DNA of 64,000 nt from Chloroflexota bacterium (GTDB taxonomy: Bacteria > Chloroflexota > Limnocylindria > P2-11E): assembly GCA_005879975.1 (NCBI GenBank), contig VBIL01000168.1, positions 2,119 through 66,118 on the forward strand. The letters are read 5' to 3'. The notes under the pieces were generated by a model. It was not told the origin of the DNA and did no database searches. It saw nothing but the letters and a program-made list of their open reading frames with translations. The position numbers and the translations under genes were made by a program. This document shows positions 46,735 through 55,795 of this stretch, one piece after another (position 1 is the stretch's first letter; each line of letters starts with the position of its first letter).

Positions 46735-47412
46735 CTAGTCGACCATACGCCCGTCGCGCATGCGGACGGTCCGCTCCGCGTGCGCGGCGATCGTCGCGTC
46801 ATGCGTGACGAGCAGGACGGTCTGTCCCTGCGCATGCAGCTCTTTGAAGAGCGCGATAAGCGCCGCTCCATTCGCGCTGTCGAGGTTCCCCGTCGGCTCG
46901 TCCGCGAGGAGGATCGCCGGATCGCTCACGAGCGCCCGCGCGATCGCCGCGCGCTGCAGCTCGCCACCCGAAAGCTCGTTGGTGCGATGTTCGGCCCGCG
47001 CGCTCATGCCCAGCCGCTCGAGGAGCGCGCGCGCTTTCGCCAGGCGCAGGGCGCGCCCGGTCCCCGCGAATGCCAGCGGCAGCGCGACATTCTCGACCAC
47101 GCGGTAGCGGGGCAGGAGGTTGAAGGCTTGAAAGACCATGCCCACGCGCTTGGACCGATGACGCGCGAGCGCTTGCTCGTCGAGCTTCGTGAGATCCTCG
47201 CCCCCGACGCGGATCGTCCCGCCAGTCGGGCGCTCGAGCCCGGCGATGACGTTGAGGAGCGTGGACTTCCCCGAGCCCGAGGGCCCCATGACCGCGACGA
47301 ACTCTCCCGAGCGAACGGCCAGCGTCACGCCGGCAAGCGCGGCAACGGTGGCGGTGCCGGAGGCGTAGACGCGCTCCAGGTCGTGCGCCTCGACGGCCAG
47401 CGGCGCACTCAC
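46735..47412 (-). CDS. ABC transporter ATP-binding protein (MacB/LolD-like)
   Basis: Walker A (GPSGSGKST), the ABC signature ([15 protein letters not shown]) and Walker B ([12 protein letters not shown]) are present. The likely start is the GTG ([10 protein letters not shown]). Confidence 0.85.
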   Translation of the reverse strand: MSAPLAVEAHDLERVYASGTATVAALAGVTLAVRSGEFVAVMGPSGSGKSTLLNVIAGLERPTGGTIRVGGEDLTKLDEQALARHRSKRVGMVFQAFNLLPRYRVVENVALPLAFAGTGRALRLAKARALLERLGMSARAEHRTNELSGGELQRAAIARALVSDPAILLADEPTGNLDSANGAALIALFKELHAQGQTVLLVTHDATIAAHAERTVRMRDGRMVD

Positions 47413-47431
47413 GGAGTCAAGGCTCTGGGAC

Positions 47432-47806
47432 TTGTGCGACGATCGACGCGTGCGGGTGTTGAAAACGGACCGTAAAGAGCGGACCAAGAGCGTCGCCGAG
47501 ATCTTCTCGGGGCAGGTCGACACATTCACCGCCGTCGGTGGGGAGCACAGCAAGGACCTTCGTCTGTCGGAGATCCACTTCAAGGACGGCGCCCGCAACC
47601 GCTGGCACATGCATACGACCGATCAGATCCTTCTCGTGACCGAAGGCGACGGCATCGTCGCGACCGAGTCCGAGCAGCACGAATTGACCCCCGGTGTCGT
47701 CGCGCTCATCCCGGCGAACACCAAGCACTGGCATGGCGCGAAGCCCGGGAAGAGCATGACCCACTGGTCCATTCTCGGACCCGCGGACACGCGCATCGTG
47801 GATTAG
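47432..47806 (+). CDS. Cupin-domain protein
   Basis: The protein shows a cupin His pattern (HMHTTDQILLVTEG...IPANTKHWHG). Confidence 0.6.
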   Translation: MCDDRRVRVLKTDRKERTKSVAEIFSGQVDTFTAVGGEHSKDLRLSEIHFKDGARNRWHMHTTDQILLVTEGDGIVATESEQHELTPGVVALIPANTKHWHGAKPGKSMTHWSILGPADTRIVD

Positions 47807-48537
47807 CGCCCGCGGCGGGCGACGATCAGGGTGATCGCGAGAGTGAAGAAGCCGGCCGCCAGGGCGACGAGGAGAGCGAGAAGCGTCGTTCGGCCGGCGA
47901 TGATCTCGAAGACCGCGGCGAGGAACGCGAGCCCGTTGAACACGAGCGCCATCACGTTAGGGAGCCGGAGATCTTCCCAGTGGAGCGAACGGAGCTCGCC
48001 AACGCCCATCGCGGCGTAACCGAAGCAGGCTGCTCCGCTAAGCCGGTACAGGTATTCGTCGGTGCCGCGGTAGCCCGTCAGCGCCGCGAACAGCTGGGGG
48101 GCCTGTGGCCCGATGCCGAACACCGCCGCGGAGATCGTCGCGAGCACGAGGACCACGGCGACCCACCCCGCGATATCGCGCGGTCCCGCGCGAACGCCGC
48201 GATGCGCGACCAGGACGCGTCCCGTCGAGTACGCGACCACGACCGACCAGAGCATGACCAGCAGGACGGCGCCGTTGAGCACCGACGAGCCGAGCGCGAC
48301 GAAGGCGGCGAGGAAGGCCACGACCGAGAAGACGTACGTACCGAGGACGATGAAGCGCATCGGTTCCCACTCGGCTCGCCGCGCCCCGATCGCGAGCGCC
48401 ACGCCGTACCCGAGGAGCGCGGCGCCGCCGAGCTCGTAGACGAATGGATCGTCGCCCGAGAACCCGGCGAATTGCGCGAACGGACGCGGAAGGACGTAGA
48501 GCGGCAGGCCGAGCGCGATGCTGCCGACGAGGGGCAC
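47803..48537 (-). CDS. hypothetical polytopic membrane protein
   Basis: The 244 aa protein has 7-8 hydrophobic helices. Confidence 0.45.
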   Translation of the reverse strand: MPLVGSIALGLPLYVLPRPFAQFAGFSGDDPFVYELGGAALLGYGVALAIGARRAEWEPMRFIVLGTYVFSVVAFLAAFVALGSSVLNGAVLLVMLWSVVVAYSTGRVLVAHRGVRAGPRDIAGWVAVVLVLATISAAVFGIGPQAPQLFAALTGYRGTDEYLYRLSGAACFGYAAMGVGELRSLHWEDLRLPNVMALVFNGLAFLAAVFEIIAGRTTLLALLVALAAGFFTLAITLIVARRGR

Positions 48538-48563
48538 CGCGAGGACGGCCCGCTCGAGCGGGT

Positions 48564-49148
48564 CTAGGTACGAAGGGCCCGGCCGGTCCAGATCCAGAAC
48601 GCCGGAACGAGGATGACGGAGGCGAGTCCACCGGTGACCAGGATGGCGCCGTCGGCCTGCGCGACCGTCGCGACAAAGAGCGCGATGAGATCGAGCCCGC
48701 TCGCGATCGCGAGCCAGCCGAGGTTCGGTGGGAGCGCGCCGTTGCCCGAGCGAATCTCGAGCCCGAGCGTCAAGGCCCAGAGCCCCGCGAGGCCGAAGGT
48801 CGCGAGGCCGCGCGGATCGGTGGGCGAGAGATCACCGATCGGGATGCTCTGCTCGATAGCGATGGCCGCGAAAGTCCCGTGTGCGGCGGAGAGCAGGCCG
48901 TAACCTACGCCCAGCGCGGACAGCCACCAGCGAGCATCACCGCCGATCCGCGCGGCTGCTGAGACCGTGGTGATCGTCGCCGAGAGCCCCGCTCCGGCGA
49001 TGAGCGCCCACGCGAGCGCCGCGGCGCCGAGGTTCTCCGGATGGTTGCGGACGAAGACGAGGAAGACGACTGCATACATGAGCGAGAAGGCCGCGATCAG
49101 ATACGCCTGAAAGCCTGCGCGCCGCGAGAACGCGCGGTCGATCGGCAT
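48564..49148 (-). CDS. hypothetical membrane protein
   Basis: The protein starts at MPIDRAF and has 6 hydrophobic helices. The upstream 120 codons of the track ORF are Arg/Ser-rich and probably non-coding. Confidence 0.4.
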   Translation of the reverse strand: MPIDRAFSRRAGFQAYLIAAFSLMYAVVFLVFVRNHPENLGAAALAWALIAGAGLSATITTVSAAARIGGDARWWLSALGVGYGLLSAAHGTFAAIAIEQSIPIGDLSPTDPRGLATFGLAGLWALTLGLEIRSGNGALPPNLGWLAIASGLDLIALFVATVAQADGAILVTGGLASVILVPAFWIWTGRALRT

Positions 49149-49329
49149 TCCCCGCGATGCTACGGCGAGTGGCACTGCGGGTGGCACGGGGGAGCGGGTT
49201 GCGCGCGAGCCGTCGGCCCGCCGCGTCGCCAGGTCCGGATCGTCACGCGTGCGCAGCGGACGGGCAGGTGAGCGCGCAACCCCGACCCCGGGACAGGACC
49301 CGCAGTGCCAATAGCCGTTGCCAGAGCGT

Positions 49330-50097
49330 TCAGACTTCGCGCGAGCGGACGACCGCGGGTCCGAGCCCCGACTGCGCGGCGATGACCAGTGAGGGCTCAA
49401 GGCTCCACACCGCGCCGCGCCATAGACCGTCGGTCGGCAGGATGAGCTTCGTCGCGGTGCCCACGTGCGTGATCGTCGCGTTGTTGAACGCGGCGCCGAC
49501 GCCGCCAACGATCCCGCCCATCCACGCGATGCCGAAGAGGATGGCCGCGATCACCCCGCCGACCATGCCGGCAAGGCGCGTCGAGAGCATCAAGGCGAAG
49601 GTGAGGATGACCACACCTTCGCTGAGTAGGAAGCCGAGGAATTCGACCGGGTGCGGCGGGAGATATCCGCTCACGACCTGCACCGCGACGAGCTCGATGA
49701 TCGCGGCGGTCACGCCGTACACGACGACCAGGGTCACCAGCCCGAGCCACTTGCCCACGACGTACTCGGCGCGCGACATCGGGCGCGCGAGAAGCGCGAG
49801 GGCGATGCCCGATTCGAGCTCACCGGAGATCGCGGGCGCGGCGATGAAGACAGCGGCGAGCGACAGCACCCAGCTGAACATGAACATCACGAGGATGAGG
49901 AGCTGGGACACGATCGTCTTCTTCTGCGCTTCAGGAAGCGGCTGGCCCGCGTTGCGTAGATCGTCGATCCGCGAGACGCCCCACACGGTCAGGGCAATGA
50001 CGACGATCGTCAGCAGGATCAGCGCGAGGAGTAGCCGGCGCCGCGCCGCTTCGCGTACGACCTGACGCGCCACGACGAGCGCGGGCGTCATCGTCAT
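49330..50097 (-). CDS. ABC-2 family transporter permease
   Basis: The protein has 6 transmembrane segments. Its start overlaps the stop of the upstream ATPase gene. Confidence 0.7.
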   Translation of the reverse strand: MTMTPALVVARQVVREAARRRLLLALILLTIVVIALTVWGVSRIDDLRNAGQPLPEAQKKTIVSQLLILVMFMFSWVLSLAAVFIAAPAISGELESGIALALLARPMSRAEYVVGKWLGLVTLVVVYGVTAAIIELVAVQVVSGYLPPHPVEFLGFLLSEGVVILTFALMLSTRLAGMVGGVIAAILFGIAWMGGIVGGVGAAFNNATITHVGTATKLILPTDGLWRGAVWSLEPSLVIAAQSGLGPAVVRSREV

Positions 50098-50999
50098 TGA
50101 CCCAGGAGCCTCAGGAAGCGCTCCTCGAGCGTCTCGTGCTGCGGCTCGACCGCGTAGACTCGCGCGCCCGCACCGACGATGGCGCTCACCAGATCGGGGA
50201 TCCGCTCGCGGTCGATGCCGCGAATCGTGATGGCGCCGTCGGCACCGTCATCGAGCTCGCCGAAACGCGCGATCGCGGTGCGGCCCTCGCGAGAAAGGCC
50301 GCTCGCCCGAACGCGCACCGACGAAGTCCCAAGGAGCTCGTCGAGCTTGCCCTGCGCGATCACCTTGCCGCGGTCCACGATGGCGACGCCGTCGCAGACC
50401 TGCTCGACTTCCGATAACAGGTGTGAGTTGAGGAAGACGACGGTCCCGCGCTCGCGGAGCGCGCGGATGATCTCGCGGACATCATGTCGTCCGACCGGGT
50501 CGAGCGCGCTCGTCGGTTCGTCGAGGAGCACCACGGCTGGATCGTCAAGCAGCGCGACGCCGAGGCCCAGACGCTGCTGCATCCCCTTCGAGAAGGTCCC
50601 AACGCGGCTCGTGCCGCGATCCGCTAGTCCGACGATCGCGAGGGTACGGTCGATCTCCGTCGACCATTTCGCAGGGTCTATTCGCGCGAGCTCGCAGTGC
50701 AGCGCCAGCACCTCGCGCGCAGTGAGCCACGATTGATAGCGGAAGAGCTCGGGTAGGTAGCCAATGTGGCCGAGGGACCCTTTTGAACCGAACGCGCCGC
50801 CCGCGAGCGATCCGCTTCCGCTCGTGGCCCGCGTGAGCCCGAGGAGGATCTTGACGGCTGTCGTTTTGCCCGCGCCGTTCGGCCCGAGAAAACCGAACAC
50901 CCCTTCCTGAACCGAGAGGTTCAGGTCGTTGAGCGCGACGACGTTGCCGTAGCGCTTGGTGACGTGCTCGAGCTGGATCGGCGGGCTCGTCGCCGCCAC
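50094..50999 (-). CDS. ABC transporter ATP-binding protein
   Basis: Walker A (GPNGAGKTT), the signature (FSKGMQQRLGLGVAL) and Walker B (VLLDEPTSALD) are present. Confidence 0.85.
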   Translation of the reverse strand: MAATSPPIQLEHVTKRYGNVVALNDLNLSVQEGVFGFLGPNGAGKTTAVKILLGLTRATSGSGSLAGGAFGSKGSLGHIGYLPELFRYQSWLTAREVLALHCELARIDPAKWSTEIDRTLAIVGLADRGTSRVGTFSKGMQQRLGLGVALLDDPAVVLLDEPTSALDPVGRHDVREIIRALRERGTVVFLNSHLLSEVEQVCDGVAIVDRGKVIAQGKLDELLGTSSVRVRASGLSREGRTAIARFGELDDGADGAITIRGIDRERIPDLVSAIVGAGARVYAVEPQHETLEERFLRLLGQ

Positions 51000-52016
51000 C
51001 TAGCGCATGGAGTTGGCTATGTCGACCGCCTGCCGCTCGGTGAGTGAGCCGATCACCTCGAACATCATGCCGTCCTTCTGCCAGATGATGGCGCTCGCTA
51101 TCCCTGTGTTGTCGCCGATGAAGAGACCCTGCACCCCTTGGACGGTCACCGGGTGCGAGACAGCGAGCTCCGCCGGTACGGGCACGGGCAGCGTGCTCGC
51201 CGGGTCGCCGATCGCGCGGATGGCTGCCGCAAGCTGCGGCGAGACGCCGGGTTGCTGCAGAAGGTACGTGCGGAGCTGATCGACCGTCACCCCGTCGCTC
51301 GTGACGACCGGCGCCTTCGCCTGTCCGACGACGAGCGTGGGAATTGGGTCGGGCTGCGGTCCGCGCCCGGTCGAGGCGGGGGCTCCCCACACCTGGAAGA
51401 CGGCCGGGCCGGCGGTCATGTAGAGGTGGCTGCCATCGATGTTCGCGGGCATCGGCGGGGCGGTGCGGCCCTGGCGCGTCGCAGCCTGCTGCGTGGCACC
51501 GGCGCTGAAAGTGAATGTCGCGCTCGAGCGATTGATCACGCCGTAACGCGTCGGGCCGGTGACGCTGGCGGGCAGCGAGCTCGGCGTCTGCACGCTGTAG
51601 CCGGCCGTGCTCGAGGCCGACGCAAGCGACTGCACTTCCTTCGGCTGCGGCGGGGTCGTCCACTCGAACGTGCCGTAGGTCCCCATGCACTGCTGCAGGT
51701 CAAGCCCGGCGCACGCCTGTCCGAGATAGCTCAGATCCTGCTGGGTGATCGGCACTCCGACAATGCTCCTCGGCTCGAAGATCTTGAGGATCGAGTCCGC
51801 GACGCCGGACAGCGTGAGCGCGCTCGCGACGAGCACGACGCCCGCGGCCGCAGCAAGGCCCTGGAGCCAGCGCGCGGGTACCCGCCGGCGGATGGCCGGC
51901 GGGGCGGCGACCACGCCCTCATCTTCGATGCGCGTGCGGAGTCGCGCGAGCGCCGCCTCGGTGTCGACGCGCGGCTCGGCGGTGCCCAGCCCGCGCTCTA
52001 TCTCGCTCTCATTCAT
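51000..52016 (-). CDS. putative anti-sigma factor (single-pass membrane protein)
   Basis: The protein has an N-terminal cytoplasmic segment, one transmembrane helix (LAAAAGVVLVASALTLSGV) and a Ser/Thr/Pro/Gln-rich extracytoplasmic domain. It lies directly downstream of, and overlaps, the ECF sigma gene. Confidence 0.5.
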   Translation of the reverse strand: MNESEIERGLGTAEPRVDTEAALARLRTRIEDEGVVAAPPAIRRRVPARWLQGLAAAAGVVLVASALTLSGVADSILKIFEPRSIVGVPITQQDLSYLGQACAGLDLQQCMGTYGTFEWTTPPQPKEVQSLASASSTAGYSVQTPSSLPASVTGPTRYGVINRSSATFTFSAGATQQAATRQGRTAPPMPANIDGSHLYMTAGPAVFQVWGAPASTGRGPQPDPIPTLVVGQAKAPVVTSDGVTVDQLRTYLLQQPGVSPQLAAAIRAIGDPASTLPVPVPAELAVSHPVTVQGVQGLFIGDNTGIASAIIWQKDGMMFEVIGSLTERQAVDIANSMR

Positions 52017-52534
52017 CGCATTTCCCTCCGGAAAGACTCTTCCGCGCGACGTAGAAGCGTCCCGATGCTCGACGCGCGGACGTCGAGTGCGGCGGCGATC
52101 TCCGAATACGAAAGACCGGCGTAGCGCAGCGCGAGGAGTGCGGCGGACCGTTCCGGCAGACGCGCGAGCACCGCGCGCACTTCATCCTGCGTCTCGGCGG
52201 CGGTCACCAGTTCGGCGGGATCATCGCCCGCCGGCGTGTCGGCAGAGACGGCCTGAGCGGCTTCGCGCCTGCCGCGCCGCCCGCGCGCTCGCAGCGCGTT
52301 GAGGGCGCTGTGCGCCGCCGCGGCGTGTAGCCACGCGGCGGCGTACTCGGCATCCCCGGGATGCGCGCGATAGAAAGAAAGGAACACGTCCTGGGCCACG
52401 TCCTCCGCCCCATCCTGGTCCGCGAGAACGCGATGCGCGATGCCCACGACGCGGGCGTACTCCGAGCGGAAGAGCCGCTCGAACGCCGGCGAAAGCACCG
52501 CGGACCTGCCCGCACCCCGCGCCGGCAACGTCAT
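52013..52534 (-). CDS. ECF-subfamily sigma-70 factor
   Basis: The protein has region 2 (DGAEDVAQDVFLSFYRAH) and region 4 (LSYSEIAAALDVRASSIGTLLRRAEESF). Confidence 0.75.
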   Translation of the reverse strand: MTLPARGAGRSAVLSPAFERLFRSEYARVVGIAHRVLADQDGAEDVAQDVFLSFYRAHPGDAEYAAAWLHAAAAHSALNALRARGRRGRREAAQAVSADTPAGDDPAELVTAAETQDEVRAVLARLPERSAALLALRYAGLSYSEIAAALDVRASSIGTLLRRAEESFRREMR

Positions 52535-52806
52535 GGACGAGGCATCCATCCAGACATAGAGCACCGCGGACGCTCAGCGTGTGACAAGTCGGCCCTACCT
52601 CCGGACGATTGACTCACTGATCACCACGCTGCGCCGTTGCATTGAAGGGTCGCACACCTAACGGCCCGCTCGCCCGCCGGGTACGCGAGCGCGAACTGGC
52701 ACCGCACTTGCGCAACCGACCGTCTGTCACTGGGTCCGCTCCGCGCAACCGTGCGGGACAGCGACCGACCCAGCAATAAAGCCAGCTGATCGGAAAGGAG
52801 CGGCGT

Positions 52807-53277
52807 ATGAACGCGCTCAGCCTGTTGAAGCAGGACCACGACAAGGCGAAGGAAGTCATCGAGCAGATCGAGAGCACCGGTGAAGGCGCCGTCAAGCGGC
52901 GCGGAGAACTCTTTCAGGGTCTGGTCGATGATCTGACCGTCCACGAGCGCATCGAGGAAGAGATCTTCTATCCGGCGCTGCAGAAGCATCCCAACGCGAA
53001 AGACCTCGTGCTCGAGGCCTATGTCGAGCATGGCGTGGTCGACACATTGCTCGACGAGATCTCCACGATCGATGCCGGGGACGAGAAATGGATGCCGACC
53101 TTCAAGGTCTTCAAAGAGAATCTCGAGCACCATATCGAAGAGGAGGAAGGCGAGCTCTTCAAGAAGACGAAGAGCGCCTTCTCGACCGTGCAGCTCGAGG
53201 ACCTGGGCGCACAGATGGCCGCGCTCAAAGAGCAGGCGCAGCAGGAGCTGATGGAAGAAGCAAGGAAGGAGTCATAG
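52807..53277 (+). CDS. Hemerythrin HHE cation-binding domain protein
   Basis: The protein shows an H/E pattern (LLKQDHDKAKE..., HERIEEEIFYP, EHHIEEEEGELF). A ribosome-binding site GGAAAGGAG precedes the ATG. Confidence 0.6.
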   Translation: MNALSLLKQDHDKAKEVIEQIESTGEGAVKRRGELFQGLVDDLTVHERIEEEIFYPALQKHPNAKDLVLEAYVEHGVVDTLLDEISTIDAGDEKWMPTFKVFKENLEHHIEEEEGELFKKTKSAFSTVQLEDLGAQMAALKEQAQQELMEEARKES

Positions 53278-53279
53278 CC

Positions 53280-53798
53280 ATGCCGACCGTGAAGAAATCG
53301 ATCGAAGTGAACGTTCCCGTTCGCATCGCATACGACCAGTGGACGCAGTTCGAGGTGTTCCCGCGATTCATGGAAGGCGTCGAAGCGGTGCAGCAGCTCG
53401 ACGACAAGCGGCTGCATTGGCGTGCGAAGATCGCCGGCAAGGTCGAAGAGTGGGATGCCGACATCGTCGAGCAGGTTCCCGACCGCGTGATCTCGTGGCG
53501 AAGCACCTCGGGGGCGCGCAACCAGGGCACGGTCCGCTTCGCCCCGCTGGGGGACAACAAGACCAGGATCGAGCTCGAGATGCACTGGGAGCCGAAGGAC
53601 GTGACCGAACGTGTCGGCGACGTGCTCGGCGCGGATGACCTGCGCATCCAGGGCGACCTCGAACGCTTCAAGAAGTTCATTGAGGAGCTGCGCACGCCGA
53701 CCGGCGGCTGGCGCGGCGAGATCCACGGTGACCGCGTCGAGGGCGAGCGCGCGGAGGAGGACCAGGAGGCCGGCACCGGACATCGCCCGCGCAGCTAA
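53280..53798 (+). CDS. SRPBCC (polyketide cyclase/dehydrase-like) family protein
   Basis: The protein has MPTVKKSIEVNVPVRIAYDQWTQFEVFPRFMEGV and WRAKIAGKVEEWDADIVE. It starts 2 nt after the hemerythrin stop. Confidence 0.7.
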   Translation: MPTVKKSIEVNVPVRIAYDQWTQFEVFPRFMEGVEAVQQLDDKRLHWRAKIAGKVEEWDADIVEQVPDRVISWRSTSGARNQGTVRFAPLGDNKTRIELEMHWEPKDVTERVGDVLGADDLRIQGDLERFKKFIEELRTPTGGWRGEIHGDRVEGERAEEDQEAGTGHRPRS

Positions 53799-53809
53799 CT
53801 ACCATCCCG

Positions 53810-54367
53810 GCGCTGGACGTTGGCGAAACGCTCGAAGCGCACACCTCCGCGTCGTGGCGCGCGTGGCTTAAGCGCAACCGCGCGAAGAAAAAGGAGATCT
53901 GGCTCGTCTACCACGACAAGAGCAGCGGGAAGCCTTCGATCAGTTACAACGACTCGGTCGACGAAGCGCTGGCGTTCGGATGGATCGACAGCACGGTGAA
54001 GAAGATCGGTCCCCACTCGCGCGCTCAGCGCTTCACGCCGCGACGCAAAGGCTCACCCCTGTCGGAGATGAACAAAGCCCGCGTGCTCCGTCTCATCAAA
54101 GAGCGCCGCATGACGCCGGCCGGTCTTGCCGCGATCGGCGGGGCTGTGAAGCGTGAGCCGCTACGCGTCGCGTCCGACATCACGCGCGCGTTGCACGCCG
54201 TGCCTGGCGCGTGGGATAGGTTCCAGCGCCTCCCCGAGGCCTACAAGCGGATCCGCCTCGGATGGATCGAGGGCGCGCGCGGACGGCCTTTGATCTTCGC
54301 GACCCGCCTGCGGTACTTCGTGCGGATGACCGCGCAAGGCAAGCGGTATGGGATGGTGCGCGGTTAG
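53810..54367 (+). CDS. YdeI/OmpD-associated (DUF1801) family protein; no canonical start codon found
   Basis: The frame reads ...TSASWRAWLKRNRAKKKEIWLVYHDKSSGKPSISYNDSVDEALAFGWIDSTVKKI... then continues into track ORF 53996..54367. There is no ATG/GTG/TTG between the upstream stop at 53798 and the conserved region. Confidence 0.5.
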   Translation, partial: ALDVGETLEAHTSASWRAWLKRNRAKKKEIWLVYHDKSSGKPSISYNDSVDEALAFGWIDSTVKKIGPHSRAQRFTPRRKGSPLSEMNKARVLRLIKERRMTPAGLAAIGGAVKREPLRVASDITRALHAVPGAWDRFQRLPEAYKRIRLGWIEGARGRPLIFATRLRYFVRMTAQGKRYGMVRG

Positions 54368-54380
54368 CTCAATCGGCGTC

Positions 54381-55013
54381 TCAGCGCGCGGTCGTCGCGA
54401 CGCGGACGCCGAACGCGACCAGCACCGCGCCGGTGACGCCCTCGACGAGCCTCCGAACGCCGCTACGTCGGAGCAGGTCACCGGCCCGCGCGACGACGAA
54501 CGCGTACACGGTGAGCCACGAAAGTGTCATCAGACTGAACGCGAGTCCCAGCGCCAGGAGCGCCAAGAACGAGGTGCCGCTCGCCGACACGAACTGCGGG
54601 AGCAAGCTCGGAAAGAACACCGCCATCTTCGGATTCGTGAGGTTGCTCGTCACGCCCTGACGCAGAGCCGTCGGTGGACGCAGCCGGACCTTGTGGAGCG
54701 GCCCGGCCGTCTCGTTCGCTCGGTCGCCGTGAACTGCCGCCCAGAGGGCCTGCGTCCCGAGAAACACGAGGTACGCGGCGCCACCGAGCCTGAGCGCGAC
54801 AAAGGCCGGCTCCGCGGCGACCAGAAGAGCGACGACGCCTGCGCTCGTCGCGACCGACCACGTGGCCTGTCCGAGCGCTACGCCGGCGGCCGTCGCGACA
54901 CCTCCGGCACGCCCGCCCAGCAGCGTGTTGCGGATCGTAAGCGCCGTGTCGGGTCCTGGGGTCACGATCACGATGATCGACAGGACGAGGAATCCGGCGA
55001 GGTCTGACGGCAC
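54381..55013 (-). CDS. LysE/RhtB-family amino-acid efflux translocator
   Basis: The N-terminus has FLVLSIIVIVTPGPDTALTI and the protein has NPKMAVFFPSLLPQF. Confidence 0.75.
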   Translation of the reverse strand: MPSDLAGFLVLSIIVIVTPGPDTALTIRNTLLGGRAGGVATAAGVALGQATWSVATSAGVVALLVAAEPAFVALRLGGAAYLVFLGTQALWAAVHGDRANETAGPLHKVRLRPPTALRQGVTSNLTNPKMAVFFPSLLPQFVSASGTSFLALLALGLAFSLMTLSWLTVYAFVVARAGDLLRRSGVRRLVEGVTGAVLVAFGVRVATTAR

Positions 55014-55069
55014 ACGGCCAGTCTGAGGTGTCCGGGCCCGCTTGACCCTGGCCGCACTATCTCCGCGAG

Positions 55070-55741
55070 GTGGACTACGCCAAGGTCGCGGACTATCTCA
55101 ACGAGAGTCCTCTCTTCGCTTGCCTGAGCCCCGCTGACCGCCTGGCCATCGCCGCGAAGATGCGCTCCCGGCATTTCGCGCGCGACGAGGTGATCTTCCA
55201 TCGCGACGACGAGGCCGGTCAGGTCTTCTTGATCACCGCAGGAACGGTGAAGGTATCGGTGCCTGACGACTCCGGACACGAAGTCGTCATCGCTCTGGAA
55301 CGGGGCGGTGACGTGTTCGGTGAGCTTGCCCTTTTTGACGACGCCCGCCGCTCCGCTTCGGTCACCGCGATCACCGATACATCGGCGCTGGCTTTGGGGC
55401 GCGCGGATTTCATGGCCGTGCTCGAACGCAATCCCGACTCGATGCGACGGATGCTCGGCTTGCTCGCGAAGATCGTGCGCCGAAGCACCGGACACGTCGA
55501 GGATCTGGTATTCCTTGATCTCCCTGGCCGCGTCGCCAAGTGCCTGCTCGACATATCCGAAGCATCCGGGACGGATCAGGTCGAGCTGACGCAGGAAGAT
55601 CTGGCAGGCTTCGTCGGAGCGGCGCGCGTCTCGGTCAACCGCGTCCTGGCGGACCTCGAGGACCGTAAGGCGATCAAGATCGGCCGGCGGCACATCGACA
55701 TCGTGGATCGGGACCTGCTGAAGAGCGACATCCGCTACTGA
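55070..55741 (+). CDS. Crp/Fnr-family transcriptional regulator
   Basis: A cNMP-binding domain (FGELALFDDARRSASVTA) is followed by a C-terminal HTH (AGFVGAARVSVNRVLADLEDRKAI). The track M is a GTG start. Confidence 0.85.
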   Translation: MDYAKVADYLNESPLFACLSPADRLAIAAKMRSRHFARDEVIFHRDDEAGQVFLITAGTVKVSVPDDSGHEVVIALERGGDVFGELALFDDARRSASVTAITDTSALALGRADFMAVLERNPDSMRRMLGLLAKIVRRSTGHVEDLVFLDLPGRVAKCLLDISEASGTDQVELTQEDLAGFVGAARVSVNRVLADLEDRKAIKIGRRHIDIVDRDLLKSDIRY

Positions 55742-55745
55742 TGAC

Positions 55746-55773
55746 GAAGGCGGCCTCCTCGCGGAGGCCGCCT
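55746..55773. terminator. Bidirectional terminator-like hairpin between convergent crp-like gene and repeat-protein gene
   Basis: A perfect 12 bp stem (aaggcggcctcc / ggaggccgcctt) closes a tcgc loop. It lies 5 nt after the crp stop and 23 nt from the minus-strand gene stop. Confidence 0.5.
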
Positions 55774-55795
55774 TCGAGTGTTACCGGAAAGTGCG

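Noticed and set aside
49149-49329. A 180 bp non-coding gap, checked for a tRNA or small RNA.
   Set aside because: I found no cloverleaf-compatible stems and no conserved T-loop or anticodon features, only short direct repeats (ggcac…ggcac).
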